Source of the DNA: Emiliania huxleyi CCMP1516
Lineage: Eukaryota
Length of the DNA stretch: 64,000 bases
NCBI RefSeq assembly: GCF_000372725.1
Contig: NW_005202428.1
Location: forward strand, 524,679 to 588,678
Reading direction: 5' to 3'
The translations under genes and the position numbers were made by a program. The notes beneath the pieces were generated by a model. That model worked only from the letters and a program-made list of their open reading frames with translations. It had not been told where the DNA came from and ran no database searches. Positions 1 through 12,360 of the stretch are shown here, piece by piece. Each line of letters starts with the position of its first letter. The stretch's first letter is position 1.

Positions 1-1689
1 CTGCGATGACTCGCTGATGCTGGGTCTACGCGCCGCCCCGCCCCGCCCCGCCCCGCCCCGCCCCTCTCCACCGGTAGGCTACCCTACCCTGCCCTGCCCG
101 CCTCCCCCGCCCCGCCCTGCCCTGCCCTGCCCACCACTCCTCTCCGCCGCTGCCCGAAAGGCTACTTTTCGCCGCTGGACGGCTACACGCTGCACATCAC
201 CGACCTCGACCCGCACTCCCTCTCGGCGGGCGGCGGGCTGGAGGACGTCAACCTCGTCAAAAAGTGCGAGACCCATATCTGCCCATATCTCCCCATATCT
301 CCCCATATCTCCCCATATCTCCTCAACCTCGTCAAAAAGTGCGAGACCCATACCTGCCCATATCTCCCCATATCTCCCCATATCTCCCCATATCTCCTCA
401 ACCTCGTCAAAAAGTGCGAGACCGCCGGAGGGGGACCGGCTGGAGCGGGAGGAGAGCCCCGCTCTTCACGGCTGCTGATGTCATTAGGTACGAGATCTCG
501 GAGGGGGAGATTGTGGGAGATTGTGGGAGATTGTGGGAGATTGTGATGATTTCATTAGGTACGAGATCTCGGAGGAGGACTACCTGAAGCGGGAGGACAA
601 CTTCCGCGCGTGGAAGGAGGCCAAGAAGCGGGAGGACCCGAGCTGGTCCTTTGCTAAGGAGATCAAGGAGAGGCAGGACGCGCAGCGCAAAAAGGCGGAC
701 CCGAGCTTTGTGCCCGAGCCGTGGAAGGAGGTCGAGATCTAGCCGAGATCTAGCCGAGATCTAGCCGAGATCTAGCCGAGATCTAGCCGAGATGTAGCCG
801 AGATATGCCCGAGCCGTGGAAGGAGGTCGACGACGAGCGAGGGGCACTGCGAGATGCGCCGAGATGCGCCGAGATGCGCCGAGATGCGCCGAGATTGCGC
901 GAGATAGGTCGAGACGAGCGAGGAGTCGTACAAGGAGCTCGCGGAGCGGGTCAAGGTGGGCGACCGGTGCGAGGTGACGCTGGGGGGCAAGCGGGGCGAG
1001 GTGCGATACGTGGGCAAGATCCCGGCCATTGCGGCAGGCTGGTGGGTGGGCGTGCAGTACGACGAGCCCGTCGGAAAGGCGCGAGATAAGGGGGGGAGAG
1101 AGAGGGAGGGGGGGGGGGGGGGGGTAGCCCCAGTATAGCCCCCCGGAAAAGCCCCAGAATAAGGGGGGATAAAAAGGGAGGGGGGGGGGGGGGTACCCCA
1201 AGTTATCCCCCCCCGAAAAGGCCCGAAAATTAGGAAGGGGAAAAGGGGGTGGGGGGGGGGGGGGGNNNNNNNNNNNNNNNNNNNNNNNNNNNNNNNNNNN
1301 NNNNNNNNNNNNNNNNNNNNNNNNNNNNNNNNNNNNNNNNNNNNNNNNNNNNNNNNNNNNNNNNNNNNNNNNNNNNNNNNNNNNNNNNNNNNNNNNNNNN
1401 NNNNNNNNNNNNNNNNNNNNNNNNNNNNNNNNNNNNNNNNNNNNNNNNNNNNNNNNNNNNNNNNNNNNNNNNNNNNNNNNNNNNNNNNNNNNNNNNNNNN
1501 NNNNNNNNNNNNNNNNNNNNNNNNNNNNNNNNNNNNNNNNNNNNNNNNNNNNNNNNNNNNNNNNNNNNNNNNNNNNNNNNNNNNNNNNNNNNNNNNNNNN
1601 NNNNNNNNNNNCCCCCCCGCCTCCCCCTTCCCCTCCCGCACTCCACGCAGGAGCGCGACATTTTCGACGAGGAGGAGGAGGACGAGTAG
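1..1689 (+). CDS. TBCB: Tubulin-folding cofactor B (ubiquitin-like + CAP-Gly); multi-exon, 5' end outside window, spans an N gap
   Basis: Exons read YFSPLDGYTLHITDLDPHSLSAGGGLEDVNLVKK, YEISEEDYLKREDNFRAWK, and CAP-Gly KVGDRCEVTLGGKRGEVRYVGKIPAIAAGWWVGVQYDEPVGK. An acidic tail ERDIFDEEEEDE* ends at 1689. Confidence 0.9.
248..907 (+). repeat. Intronic 10-11 bp tandem repeats (CCATATCTCC, GGGAGATTGT, GAGATCTAGCC, GAGATGCGCC) with duplicated splice-junction segments
   Basis: TCAACCTCGTCAAAAAGTGCGAGACC occurs at 248, 323 and 398. TCATTAGGTACGAGATCTCGGAGG occurs at 481 and 552. The repeat arrays are directly visible. Confidence 0.9.
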
Positions 1690-2257
1690 TGCTGGACCTG
1701 AGACTGTATCCTGTCGCCGTGGTGTTTGATGGTATTGAGTGGCCAGCGCGGGCCAATCTGTGTGTGTACGATCTCCACCCTTCTGTTCCCCCTTCTTTCT
1801 CTATCCTGTTCTTCTAACTTACACTCTACATGAAAGTAAGCTTCATTGCAGCACACGCGATATGGCGATTTACAGAGCCGACAGACCGGGGGCGGTTTGC
1901 TTTCAAGTATCAAGATTTTAGGGATTTAGCGTGTTCCGTTCAGTATTCAGCGAGAGAGTCGGAGGAGTGTGAATTGGAACTACTTACAACTAGCGCGCCA
2001 GTGAGAAAGCAGAGTGCGGCCGCTCCTACGTGCTACGAAATTGGGGCCTGGGGCCGTGGGCAAAGGACTCCGGCACAGAGTGAGTCCTCAAGCTCAAGAG
2101 TAAGTTAGTAAATAACACGCGATGACCAAAAGGTGCAACTGCAAGGATTCAATGCCATTGGGTTCCGAAGGATCCTAGGTGAAAACTGAAATCTGAAAAG
2201 ACATCCAGTAGTGTACTCAGCCTCCACACACCCTGCAGTTGACGTACTGTAAGCCAT

Positions 2258-3707
2258 TTACGAGCCACCAGCGCCACGCCTCTCGTCCCGTGGCCTCCCA
2301 CGCCCACCCCGCCCACCCCGCCCACCGCGCCCGCCGCGCCCGCCGCGCCCACCCCGCCCCCCTCGCCCACCGACCGCCTCCGTGGCGCCCACGGGCTGAG
2401 CCTGGGGCACGGGGCGCGAGGGCGGCTGGTGAACAAACGTCGTCTGCGCCGCCACCAGCCGCCCAGTTGCGGCGATGGGCAGCGCCGGCTGGCGGCAGGC
2501 CGGGCAGTTGCTGTCGCGCTCCAGCACGCGCGGCGCACATGTCTCGCAGTACAGCGCGTGGCCGCACGCGAAGCGGACCGAGCGCTTTGCGTCCCAGCAG
2601 AGGTCACACAGGCGCTCCTCGGCCCCAGCCTTCTCCTCCACCTCCCCCGCCGCTTCGACTAGCGCCTCCAGCCGCGGCAGCGCCTCTGCGAGCGGCATCC
2701 GCTTCTTCTTCCTCACGAGAGCCAGCCCGACCACGAGCCGCGTCAGCGCCGCGGCCTGCGCCGCCGACCAGCCAGCGTCGGCCGCCGCGATGCCCTCCGC
2801 CGTGTCGGGCTCCTCCAATGCATCGTCGCATGCGTTGAGCAAGCCGAGCGCGCCGCGGCCGGTCAGGGCGACGAGCAGCGTGATGCCGAGCGCAAAACCA
2901 TCGGTGAGCTGCGAAGCCTGACCATCGTGCACGATGATCGAGTCCATGTAGCCAGGCTTGCCGAAGAGGCGTTGCGTCGACAGGTGCGAGACCTGTCCAT
3001 TGCCGCCGGCCGTCGCCTCTGCCGCGCGCGCGAGGCCCACGTCGGCGAGGTAGCCGTTGCCGCGCTCGTCGAGCAAGATGTTGCCCGCCGAGACGTCGCG
3101 GTGCAGGATCATCGGAGAGAGCGTGTGCAAGTAGTGCAGCGCTCTCGCCGCGTCGCGCAGCACGCGGAGCCGTGCGGCGGAGGAGAGCGGCGGAGGCGGC
3201 GTCTCGAAGCCGAGCATGCGGAGCCGCTGCAGTGCGGCTGGAGCGCGGTAGAGGCGGTCCTCGAGGCTGCCGCCGCGGCAGAGGGGGTAGACGAGGCACG
3301 CTCTCGCCGGCGCCAAGCAGACGCCGAGGAGAGGGAGGAGGGACGGGTGGCACGCTGCGCTGAGCGTTCGCACCTCGCTCTGCAGCTCGGCGAGGCCTTG
3401 AGCGCCGACACCGACCAGCGCTGTCTTGACGGCGAACCCGCAAGCGACGCGCGGAAGCGACGGCAGCGTGTCGCAGCGGTAGACGCGCCCAAAGCCGCCC
3501 TCGCCCACCTTGCGCACCTCGGCAAAACCGTCGGTCGCCGCGATGAGCTCGTCGAGAGGGACGGCAGCGGGCGGCGCGGCGGCGGCGGCGAGGGCGGCGA
3601 CACTCGCCGCCGCCGACGCTGCCGCTGCCGCCGCCGCTGCCGCCGCCTCCGCTGCCGCCGCCTCTTGAGCCTCCGCCGCCGCCACGGCCGCCACTGCCGC
3701 CTCTACA

Positions 3708-3739
<32 letters not shown>

Positions 3740-5425
3740 CTCCGCCTCCGCTTCCGCCCTCTCCCTCGCTTCTTCCCTCTCCCTTGCCGCCTCCTCCCTT
3801 GCCCTCGCCTCTGCCTCCTCCCTTGCCCTCGCCTCTGCCTCCTCCCTTGCCCGCGACGCCGCCTCCGCCTCCTCCGCCGCCCGCGCCGCCCGCGCCTCCG
3901 CAGCTGCCTCAGCCGCCCGCGCCTCGTCAGCCGCCCGCGCCTCGTCCGCCGCCCGCGCCTCCTCCGCCGCCCGCTCAGCCGCCTCCGCCTGCCTCGCCGC
4001 AGCCTTCTCCTCCTTCTGCCGCTGCCGCTTCAGCGCCCTGGCCTCGCGGGCCCTGCGCTCCGCCAGCTCGTCGCGCAGCTGCCGCGCCGCCCGCAGCGCC
4101 TCGGAGCCGTCGGCGATTTCGGTGTTCGCATTGATCGCCGCCCTGAGCGCCTCGAGATCGGCGTCGCCTCGCTCGCACGCCTCCACCGCCTCGCGCAGCG
4201 CAGCCTCGGCAGCATCGCGCGCCTCCGCTGCCGCTGCCACCTCGCGTGCGGCCGCCGCGGCCTGTTCGGCCACTGCCGTCTCCCCCTCCGCCTCTGCTGC
4301 GGCCGACGAGTGCTCCTCGAGAGCGCGCACGCATTCGGCGTGGCCTTGCTCCTTGGCGCACTGAAGCGCCGTCTTGCCGTCAACAGTGCGCGCCGCGTCT
4401 GCGCCCGCCCGCAGCAAGCGCCGCACGACGGCGGGGCGGTTGAAGAGGGCGGCGATCATCAGCGCGGTGAAGCCGCCGCTGTTCTGCAGGTTGATCTCCG
4501 CCCCACACCGAATCAGCAAGTCGACCACACGCCCGTGGCCGTTGCTGGCGGCGGCCATCAGCGCGGAGTCGCCGTTGCTGTCCTGCAAGCTGACCTCCGC
4601 CCCACGCCGCAGCAGCAGCTCAACCACCCGCTCGCGGCCTTCGCGGGCGGCGCCCATCAGCAACGTGAGGCCGCTCACGCCGTCTTTCTCGTACCTCGCG
4701 TCGGCCCGCCCGCCGTCCTCGAGCCACGCCAGCACCGCCTCCTCCTCGCCACGCTCAGCCGCTGCCACGACCTCGTCGGAGACTGCCACGACACCGCTCG
4801 ACGCCCGCCCCGCCGCCACCGCTGGAGATAGCGTCTTCGCGACTCTCGATCCAGCCGAGGAAGCGCCGCCGGAGGAAACGCTGCCTGCGCCTTCGCCGCC
4901 GGCTGCCGTCGCCGTGGGCCGACCCGCCACGACCGACTCCTTGACGTGCTGCCTGAAGGCCTCGACGCACTCGGCGTGGCCCTTCTCCTTGGCAAACTGC
5001 AGCGCCGTCTTGCCGCTCGCACTGCGCGCCGCCGTGTCTGCGCCCGCCCGCAGCAAGCGCCGCACGATGGCGGGGTGGTTGAAAAAGGCGGCGGTCATCA
5101 GCGCGGTGTAGCCGCCGCTGTCCTGCAGGTTGACATCAGCGCCGCACCGGATCAGCTGCTCGACCACCCGCTCGTGGCCGTGGTCGGCGGCAAGCATCAG
5201 CGCGGTGAAGCCGTTGCTCCTCTGCAGGTTGACCGCTGCGCCGTGCTGCAGCAGCAACTCGACCACCCGCTCGTGGCCTTTGTTGGCGGCGACCATCAGC
5301 AGCGTGATGCCGTCTGTCCCGTTACGTCGCGTTGACCCGCCCGCCACTGTCGAGCCACGCCAGCACCGCCTCCTCGTTGCCTCGATGAGCCGCTGCCACG
5401 ACCTTATCGGACACTGCCACGCCAC
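2258..5425 (-). CDS. Ankyrin repeats + Ala/Glu coiled coil + IRAK/RLK-Pelle-like protein kinase + C-terminal RING finger + RGG tail (probably the 3' part of one frameshifted gene with 5322-7097)
   Basis: Ankyrin GxTALMxAA repeats. Kinase motifs ELIAATDGF..KVGEGGFGRVYR, FAVK, HRDVSAGNILLD, DVGLAR, GKPGYMD. RING CDLC..FACGHALYCETC..CPACR. Tail GGRGGRGG. Confidence 0.85.
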
Positions 5426-7097
5426 CGCCTGACACCGGGTCCGCCGCAGCTGGCGACAGATTGTCCGGCCGCACCCGCACGCTCTCGCCGCCGCCCTCGA
5501 GCGCCACCGCGTACCGGCCGCCCTCGAAGCTCCGCGCCTCGCCCCGCTGCCCGTTCAGCTCGGGGCGGGAGGAGAGCCCACCGAGCACGACGCGCTGCCC
5601 GAGCAGCGGCGCGTCCACCGCTGCCGCTGCCGCGCCCGAGGAAGCGCCGCCCGGCCCTGCCCGGCCGTCTGCAGCCGCCGCCGCCTCAGCCAAGACCTTG
5701 ACGCACTCGGCGTTGCCCTTCGCCTTGGCACACTGAAGCGCCGTCATGCCACTCTTCGTGCGCGCCGCCGCGTCTGCGCCCGCTTGTAGTAAGCGCCGCA
5801 CGACGGCGGGGTGGTTGAAGAGGGCAGCCCACGTCAGCGCGGTGCCGCCGTCGCTGTCCTGCAGGTTGAGCTCCGCGCCGTGCCGCAGCAGCAGCTCGAC
5901 CACCCGCTCGTGGCCTTGGTCGGCGGCGAACACCAGCGCGGTGCCGCCGTTGCTGGTCTGCACGTTGAGCTCCGCGCCGTGCCGCAGCAGCAGCTCGACC
6001 ACCCGCTCGTGGCCGTTCTCGGCGGCGAGCATTAGTGCGGTGAAGCCGTTACTGTTCTGCAGGTTGATCTCCGCGCCGTGCCGAAGCAGCAGCTCGACCA
6101 CCCGCTCGTGGCCGTGGCCGGCGGCGGTCATCAGCCCGGTGAAACCGTTGCTGCTCTGCAGGTTAATCTCCGCGCCGTGCCGCAGCAGCAACTCGACCAC
6201 CCGCTCGTGGCCGTGGCCGGCGGCGCTGATCAGCAGCGTGATGCCACTCACCTCGCCTCTCTCGTACGTCGCGTTGACCCGCCCGCCACTGTCGAGCCAC
6301 GCCAGCACCGCCTCCTCCTCGCCTCGCTCAGCAGCTGTCACGACCTCATCGGAGACTGCCACAGCACCGCTTGAGGACCGCTCCGCCGCCGCCGGCGACA
6401 GATTGTCCGGCCGCACCCGCACGCTCTCGCCGCCGCCCTCGAGCGCCACCGCGTACCGGCCGCCCTCAAAGCTCCGCGCCTCGCCCCGCTGCCCGTTCAG
6501 CTCGGGGCGGGAGGAGAGCCCACCGAGCACGACGCGCTGGCCGAGCAGCGGCGCGTCCACCGCTGCCGCTGCCGCGCCCGAGGAGGCGCCGCCCGCCCCT
6601 GCCCGGCCGTCTGCAGCCGCCGCCGCCTCCGACAAGACCTTGACGCACTCGGCGTGGCCCTCCTCCTTGGCCATCTGCAGCGCCGTCTTGCCGTCAACAG
6701 TGCGCGCCGTGTCAGCGCCCGCCCGCAGCAAGCGCCGCACGACGATGTGGCTGTTAAAGAGGGCGGCGGCCATCAGCGCGGTGGCGCCGTTGCTGTCCTG
6801 CAGGTTGACCTCAGCGCCGCGCCGTAGCAGCAAATCGACCACACGCTCGTGGCCGTGGTCGGCGGCAAGCATCAGCGCGGTGCTGCCGCCGCTGCTCTGC
6901 AAGTTGATCTCCGCGCCGCGCCGCAGCAGCAAGTCGACCACCCGCTCGTGGCCTTTGTCGGCGGCACCCATCAGCAGCGTGATGCCGCTCTCGCCGCCTC
7001 TCTCGCACGTTGCGTCGGCCCGCCCGCCGCCGTCGAGCCACTCCAGCACTGCCTCCTCCTCCGCCGCTAGCACTGCCTCCTCCTCGGAATCTGCCAT
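5322..7097 (-). CDS. Ankyrin-repeat protein with two copies of a small SH3/KOW-like module; ends at an in-repeat stop
   Basis: Many ankyrin repeats (GHERVVELLLRHGAEINLQ). LLGQRVVLGGLSSRPELNGQRGEARSFEGGRYAVALEGGGESVRVRPDNL is present twice, with near-identical DNA at about 5445-5710 and 6390-6655. Confidence 0.8.
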   Translation of the reverse strand: MADSEEEAVLAAEEEAVLEWLDGGGRADATCERGGESGITLLMGAADKGHERVVDLLLRRGAEINLQSSGGSTALMLAADHGHERVVDLLLRRGAEVNLQDSNGATALMAAALFNSHIVVRRLLRAGADTARTVDGKTALQMAKEEGHAECVKVLSEAAAAADGRAGAGGASSGAAAAAVDAPLLGQRVVLGGLSSRPELNGQRGEARSFEGGRYAVALEGGGESVRVRPDNLSPAAAERSSSGAVAVSDEVVTAAERGEEEAVLAWLDSGGRVNATYERGEVSGITLLISAAGHGHERVVELLLRHGAEINLQSSNGFTGLMTAAGHGHERVVELLLRHGAEINLQNSNGFTALMLAAENGHERVVELLLRHGAELNVQTSNGGTALVFAADQGHERVVELLLRHGAELNLQDSDGGTALTWAALFNHPAVVRRLLQAGADAAARTKSGMTALQCAKAKGNAECVKVLAEAAAAADGRAGPGGASSGAAAAAVDAPLLGQRVVLGGLSSRPELNGQRGEARSFEGGRYAVALEGGGESVRVRPDNLSPAAADPVSGGGVAVSDKVVAAAHRGNEEAVLAWLDSGGRVNAT

Positions 7098-7753
7098 CAC
7101 GGCGTTGGGCCCCCCAGCACCTCGGGTCCCCAAGGGCCAAGGGGTGAATTGGGGTCCGCGTTGGTGTCCCAGTCGTTGGTCGGACTGTGTTTCGCCTTCC
7201 CATCAATCAATCAATTGGCTGTCGGTCCCATCGTCCGCCGAGCTGCGCTTGTGCGGAGAGGGGTGTACCACAGACGTGAGACGACCGAGAGACCGGACAG
7301 GTGTGCGTGTTCGCGTGCATCGTGGACACAGCTTGGGCCTCCCTTCCACGCCCCGCGATCTCACCGCCACACCGGGGAGAGAGGGCAGGTTCGCGACGTC
7401 CCGGACGAGAGAGAGCAGGGACGAGAGTGATCAGTGTGTGGACCCCACGTCTCCTCGCGGCAGGTTCCCTCTTTTACAAGTGAACAATCAGAGTGGTACA
7501 AAGAGTGGAACCCCACTGCCAGGAGCCAGCTCCAGGCGCGGCGGTCCCAGCAGAGGGAAAGCGTTGGAATCGCCGCATAACCGTCGATCTCCTGCTCAGG
7601 TGAGAGAGCCGGAGGCGTGCGCGAGGCGCCACACCTCGGGCGAGGCGGCGAGCTCGGTGACTCCTACCACAAGGATGTGTCGCTCAGACAGCTTTCACGG
7701 CCCGCCGGCTGCATGGGAGCCCCCTCTCTGTGCCGTCTGGTGGCGTGGAGCAT

Positions 7754-10700
7754 CTAGAGACGGGCGCCTTTCGCAACGTAGGCGGAGTGGCGCGCCTCAA
7801 CCTCGGGCATGTCGTAGTGGTAGTTGACCATGATAGAGGCGCTCTCCTGCGGAGGGAGAGAGAGAGGCCTCTTCGGTGAGGGAGAGACAAGGGGGGGGGG
7901 GGGGGGAAAGAGGGAGAGGGAAAAAGGGAGAGGGAAAGGGAGGGAGTGGGAGTGGGAAAGGGAGAGGGAAAGGGAAAGGGAGAGGGAAAGGGAGGGAGGG
8001 AGGGAGGGAGGCAGGCAGGGAGATAGACATATAGAGAGTCCGTGACATAGAGAGACAGAGTAGAGACACATAGAGAGAGAGATAGAGAGAGAGAGATAGA
8101 GTGAAGAGAGAGAGAAACTGTGTGTGGCTTCGGGGGGGTGGGGGGGGAGACTAGTCCTTCTCCTCTAACCCTAAAAAGGACGGGTTGGCTGCCCAGTGAA
8201 TGGCGATCAGCGCCGCGCCGTTTCGCATGTGGAAGCCAGCCCCCGGGTCGAGCGCGCGCTGCCGCTGTGTGGCGCGGCACAGGTAGCGCGCGCACAAGCC
8301 GAGGAGGGACCGCCGCACCGGGTCAGCCTTTTCCTACAAAAAGGAACGAAATCGGTGGAACGGGACGCCGCCGGGTCGAGCCTTGTCGCTTCCCCGGGGG
8401 GGGACCGCCCTGGGGGGTTGCAGCGGTTCGCAGACCCCCCTGGACCCCCCAATAAAGAAGTTTCCCCGCATGGGACCCCCCCCCCCCCCCAATACAGAAG
8501 CTTCACCGCATGTGAACGCCCCCCCCCCCACCCCCACCCCGGAGCGACGCGCGCCTGCTCCGGCGACTGCACGCCGCCCGTGGAGATTGGGCCGTGCAGC
8601 GGGCCGAGCTCGGAGAAGGGGGCGGCCTCGTCGAGGCCGGCTGCAGAGAGGGCCTGGCGGGGTGCAGCCGAGGTGCGGCCGAGGTGCAGCCGAAGTGCAG
8701 CCGAGAAACAGCCGAAGCACAGCCGAGGAACAGCCGAGGCGCAGCCGAGGTGCAGCCAAGCACAAGCCTGCAGCAGCCCGTTCAGCGCGGCGCCCTCCCC
8801 ACTCAAGTCCTCGCCTCCGCCCCCGGAGGCGCGCAGCCGGGCCAGCCGCGCCTACAGCACTCGACAGCAGGAGGCAGTGTGTGTGTTAGCGCGGCTGGCC
8901 CGGCAGCGCGCCTCCGTAGCACTACGACAGCCGCGCCTGCGCGACCGGGGCGCCCTGCGACCGAGCTGCACTGCTACTCTCTCTTCACAGTATTCGACAG
9001 CAGAAGGCAGTGTAGCACCACGGCATCCGCTCCCATAGCCTTCGAACACTGGGAGGCCTCGAGGCACGGGGAGATGTGGGGAGATTCGACGCATCTAGGG
9101 AAAGCCGGGCCGTCAGCCACGTCCGGAAGCCAGGCACCGGCGAGAGAGTGACGAAGGTGCGCAGGGACGGCTCCGCCGCCGCCAGCGAGGCTGCCGCCTG
9201 CTTGATCAGCAGCCCGCCTAAAAGAAGAAATACGCGCTCCGACGTGAAGTCGATTTGCGAGGCTGCCGCTGCTTGAAGAGCCGGCCCGCCTACAGACAGA
9301 ACTGACCAGGTCAAGAAGAAGTCGGTTGCCCCGCCGCCTCTGCCTGCAGAGCGGTCCGCCTAAAAAAGAAATGCGCGCCTCGAAAAACGAAATGCGACGC
9401 GCCGCCAGCGCGAAGAGCGGTCCACCAACAGGGACGCCCCGCAAGCCGGAGAAGGGCGACGAGATCGAGTAGAAGGCGGCCGTTGTCGGGGCGAACGGCG
9501 GCGGCGCAGCGGACGCGGCAGCGGCGGGCGGCGAGGCGGAGGGCGGCGGCGCAGAGGGCGGCGAAACGGAGGGCGGCGGCGGCGCGGAGGGCAGGACGGC
9601 GGCGAGGCGGGACGGCACCTCGCCGACCAGCGCGACGTGGACAAACACGAGCGGCTCGCCGGGCATGCGAGGGTGCCTAGTCATGAGTAGCCACTCTCAT
9701 TGCTACTGGCCGGTTGTCAGTGGCCTCGCCGGGCATGCGAGGGTGCCTAGTCATGAGTAGCCACTCTCATTGCTACTGGCCGGTTGTCAGTGGCCTCGCC
9801 GGGCATGCGAGGGTGCCTAGTCATGAGTAGCCACTCTCATTGCTGCTGGCCGGTTGTCAGTGGCCTCGCCGGGCATGCGAGGGTGCGTCAGCGCAAACAT
9901 GCGGTTGTAGCGGCCGGCCGCACCGCCCTCGCTGGCGCCGTCGGCGTCTCCGCCGCCGAGCCTCCGCTGCAGGTCGGGCCAGCCTAATGCACAGTTCTTC
10001 TCAATCGGCTGCCGTTCGTCCATCCTCGCCGCGCCTCCGCTGCAGGGCGGGTGTAGCCTCCAGTGAAGGGGTGCACTCGCTCGTACCGCATCACGCGCCT
10101 GAGGAAGGAATGGATGGATGGATCACTTCTCAGTGAAGGGGTGCACTCGCTCGTACCGCATCGCACGCCCAAGCAGCCCGGCGGGCGAGGTTTCCCACGA
10201 GAGAGGCTCCAGCTTGAGCAGGCCCTGGTCGAACCTAATCTCGGCTGATCTCGGCTGATCTCGGGTAATCTCATCCGAGGCTCGAGCAGGCTGTGGGCGA
10301 ACCAGGTGGAGAGGAGTCGGCGCAGCGATCCGTCGAGCGCACGCCACCGCTCCCGCAAGCCCTCGCCCCGCTCCCCCTCGCCCGCCTCGCCGCCCTCTGC
10401 GGCCAGAGGAGACGCGACAGAACCCGCTTCGGCAGCCGCTGCAGCGGCGGTGGCTGCAGCGGCGGTGGCCGCGCTGCTGCCGGCGGCGGGAGGAGACAGA
10501 GAGGGAGAGGGAGGTGCGGCCTCGGCGAAGGGTCCGCGCTGAGCGAGCGCGGAGAGGAGATCGGCACGCATCGCCACGAGGAAGCGCAGCCCGCCCGGCT
10601 GCTGCGCCAGCCGGCCGATGATGCGCTCCGAGGGCGGCTCGAGGGCCTCGCGAAGAGCGCCACGTGCGCGCAGGCTCGCAGCGGCGCGGCAGTCATCCTC

Positions 10701-10958
10701 CGCGGCGAGGAGGTTCTGGCAGCTGCGACGGACGGTGGAAAGGTCCACATCTTGGCGCGCCAGGATGGAGAGGAAGCCCAACCGGCCTGGAGGCTGCAGC
10801 GCCTCGTAGGCCGACATGAGCGACTTTCCGAGCCGCGCGGGCAGCACGTCGTCGCCGGGAGGCGTCTGCGCAATCTCGCGCAGCAGTCCTCGCAGACGCT
10901 GCTCGTCGGCGCGGGGCAGCGGAGGGCACGCCCGCAGCAGGGCGCGGAGGCGGAACAT
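7754..10958 (-). CDS. MLYCD: Malonyl-CoA decarboxylase, mitochondrial-type presequence, multi-exon
   Basis: LRFLVAMRADLL, LLSTWF, YERVHP, DLQRRLG, HPRMPGEPLVFVHVAL, FYSISS, GLLIKQ, FVTLSPVPGFRTWL, DPGAGFHMRNGA and IMVNYHY appear in the correct order. Confidence 0.9.
9656..9886. repeat. 70-bp tandem repeat (3 copies + partial) forming an MLYCD intron
   Basis: The unit TCGCCGGGCATGCGAGGGTGC... starts at 9656, 9726, 9796 and 9866. Confidence 0.9.
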
Positions 10959-11086
10959 GTATGTCGCCGGAGCAAATGAGAAAAAAGTAACCAAAGGCTC
11001 TCGCACACGCACGATTCAAAAAGTGGCGTCCTACAAGCAAACTCCCCTAGGTGAGTGAGTGTGTCACGGACGCCGTCGGCAGGTGC

Positions 11087-12070
11087 ATGCCTGCCGACTC
11101 TGCTCGCCCACCTGGTGGCGGCGGCGCCGCCGCCGCTGACGACGGTACTGCGACCGGCGGTAACAGCGGCGCTGCCAGCGTCGTCAACGGCGTCGGCGCA
11201 GCCGGCCGGCAGCGACTGTGGGAGGCGGCGCGGGAGAAGAGGGGGAAGGTGGCGAAGGTGACAACTCGCAGACGGCGAACGCGATGGAGGTGGTGCGGGC
11301 GCAGCAGGCCGCGAAGGAGCAGGTAGCCTTCCCACATTTTTTCTCAAATTCTTTCGCTGTGCGACGGCGTGTTTGTTGGCACTCTTATCAAAAGGAGCAT
11401 GCAGAACCAAGACGCTGCCACGGCCTGGGCGGTGGAGGCGCTCGAGGCGGTAAAGACGGCGCGTGCAAAGGCCGTGTCAGACGGCCTCGATCCCGCCGAG
11501 GAGGCGGCGTTAGCGCGAGAGGCGACGGCCCGCTTGGCCGTAAGGGCGGCGGAGGAGGCGGCGGCAGCGAAGCTCGAGGAGGCGTCGGCGCGGAGAAGCG
11601 CAGCGGTTGCGACCGCTGCCGAGTCCCAGGCGGAGGAGAAGCGCGCGAAAGCTGCCGCTGCTGCCGCTGCGGCAGCGGAGCGGGCGGCGGAGCGGGCGGC
11701 TGCGGCCGAAACGGCCGAGGCGGCTGCGCGTGAGGCGAAAGACGCGGCTCAGGCGGCCGAGACGTTGGCGAGGGAGGTACGACTTCAAACGAGGATGCGT
11801 GGCCACTGAGAGGAGGAGAGACTGCAGCTGGCGCGAGTCGGGGAGTAGGTGTCAGTGGCGACGGCGACGCGCAAGGCGGCCGAGGAGAAGGCGACGCTCG
11901 AGGCGGCGGCAAAAGAGGCGAGGGCCAAGCTGGCGGCGGCGTCTGGCGCGGGTCTCGTCGTCGCGTTCCCGCCCCGGCAGGAGGGGTCGAACTGGTCGCA
12001 CGCACCGCCCGCCGCCGCCGCGGCGGAGGAGGACGACGACTCGTGGATCTCGTCGTGCGCCATCGCGTGA
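11087..12070 (+). CDS. Hypothetical Ala/Glu-rich coiled-coil protein, probably 3 exons, divergent from MLYCD
   Basis: Coding-like segments MPADSARPPGG..., NQDAATAWAVEALEAVK... and VSVATATRKAAEEK...CAIA* are separated by GT-AG intron-like stretches (about 11323-11404 and 11777-11848). Confidence 0.5.
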
Positions 12071-12360
12071 GACCGGAGACCGCGAGCTCGTACGGCAGCT
12101 AGGACGGCAGTCTCCATACTCCATATTACCTACCAAGAGGGAACGTGCGACACGACTGCACGACTCTCGAGTGTGGAACGCGTGGACTAGTGGCGGCTAC
12201 TATGTCCGTATCATCCGGATTATACTGTTTATTGACGATTTAGCATTTTTTACTGAAATAAATAAATAAAACGGGCAAACTCTGAGACGAGATGGGATTT
12301 AGGGACATGTGTCCCCGCCCTGCACGATCTTGGTGTGAGGGATCTTCAATCCGTGTCCCC

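Noticed and set aside
1081..1265. G-run repeats next to the gap as G-quadruplex elements
   Set aside because: They look like degraded read-end copies of the preceding exon end beside an N gap, and are likely sequencing noise.
7220..7500. Possible solo LTR (TGT..ACA)
   Set aside because: No matching target-site duplication or second copy was found in the window.
2927..7827. Long plus-strand ORFs (2927-4831, 5746-7827)
   Set aside because: They are antisense shadows of the GC-rich ankyrin/kinase gene with no independent motifs.
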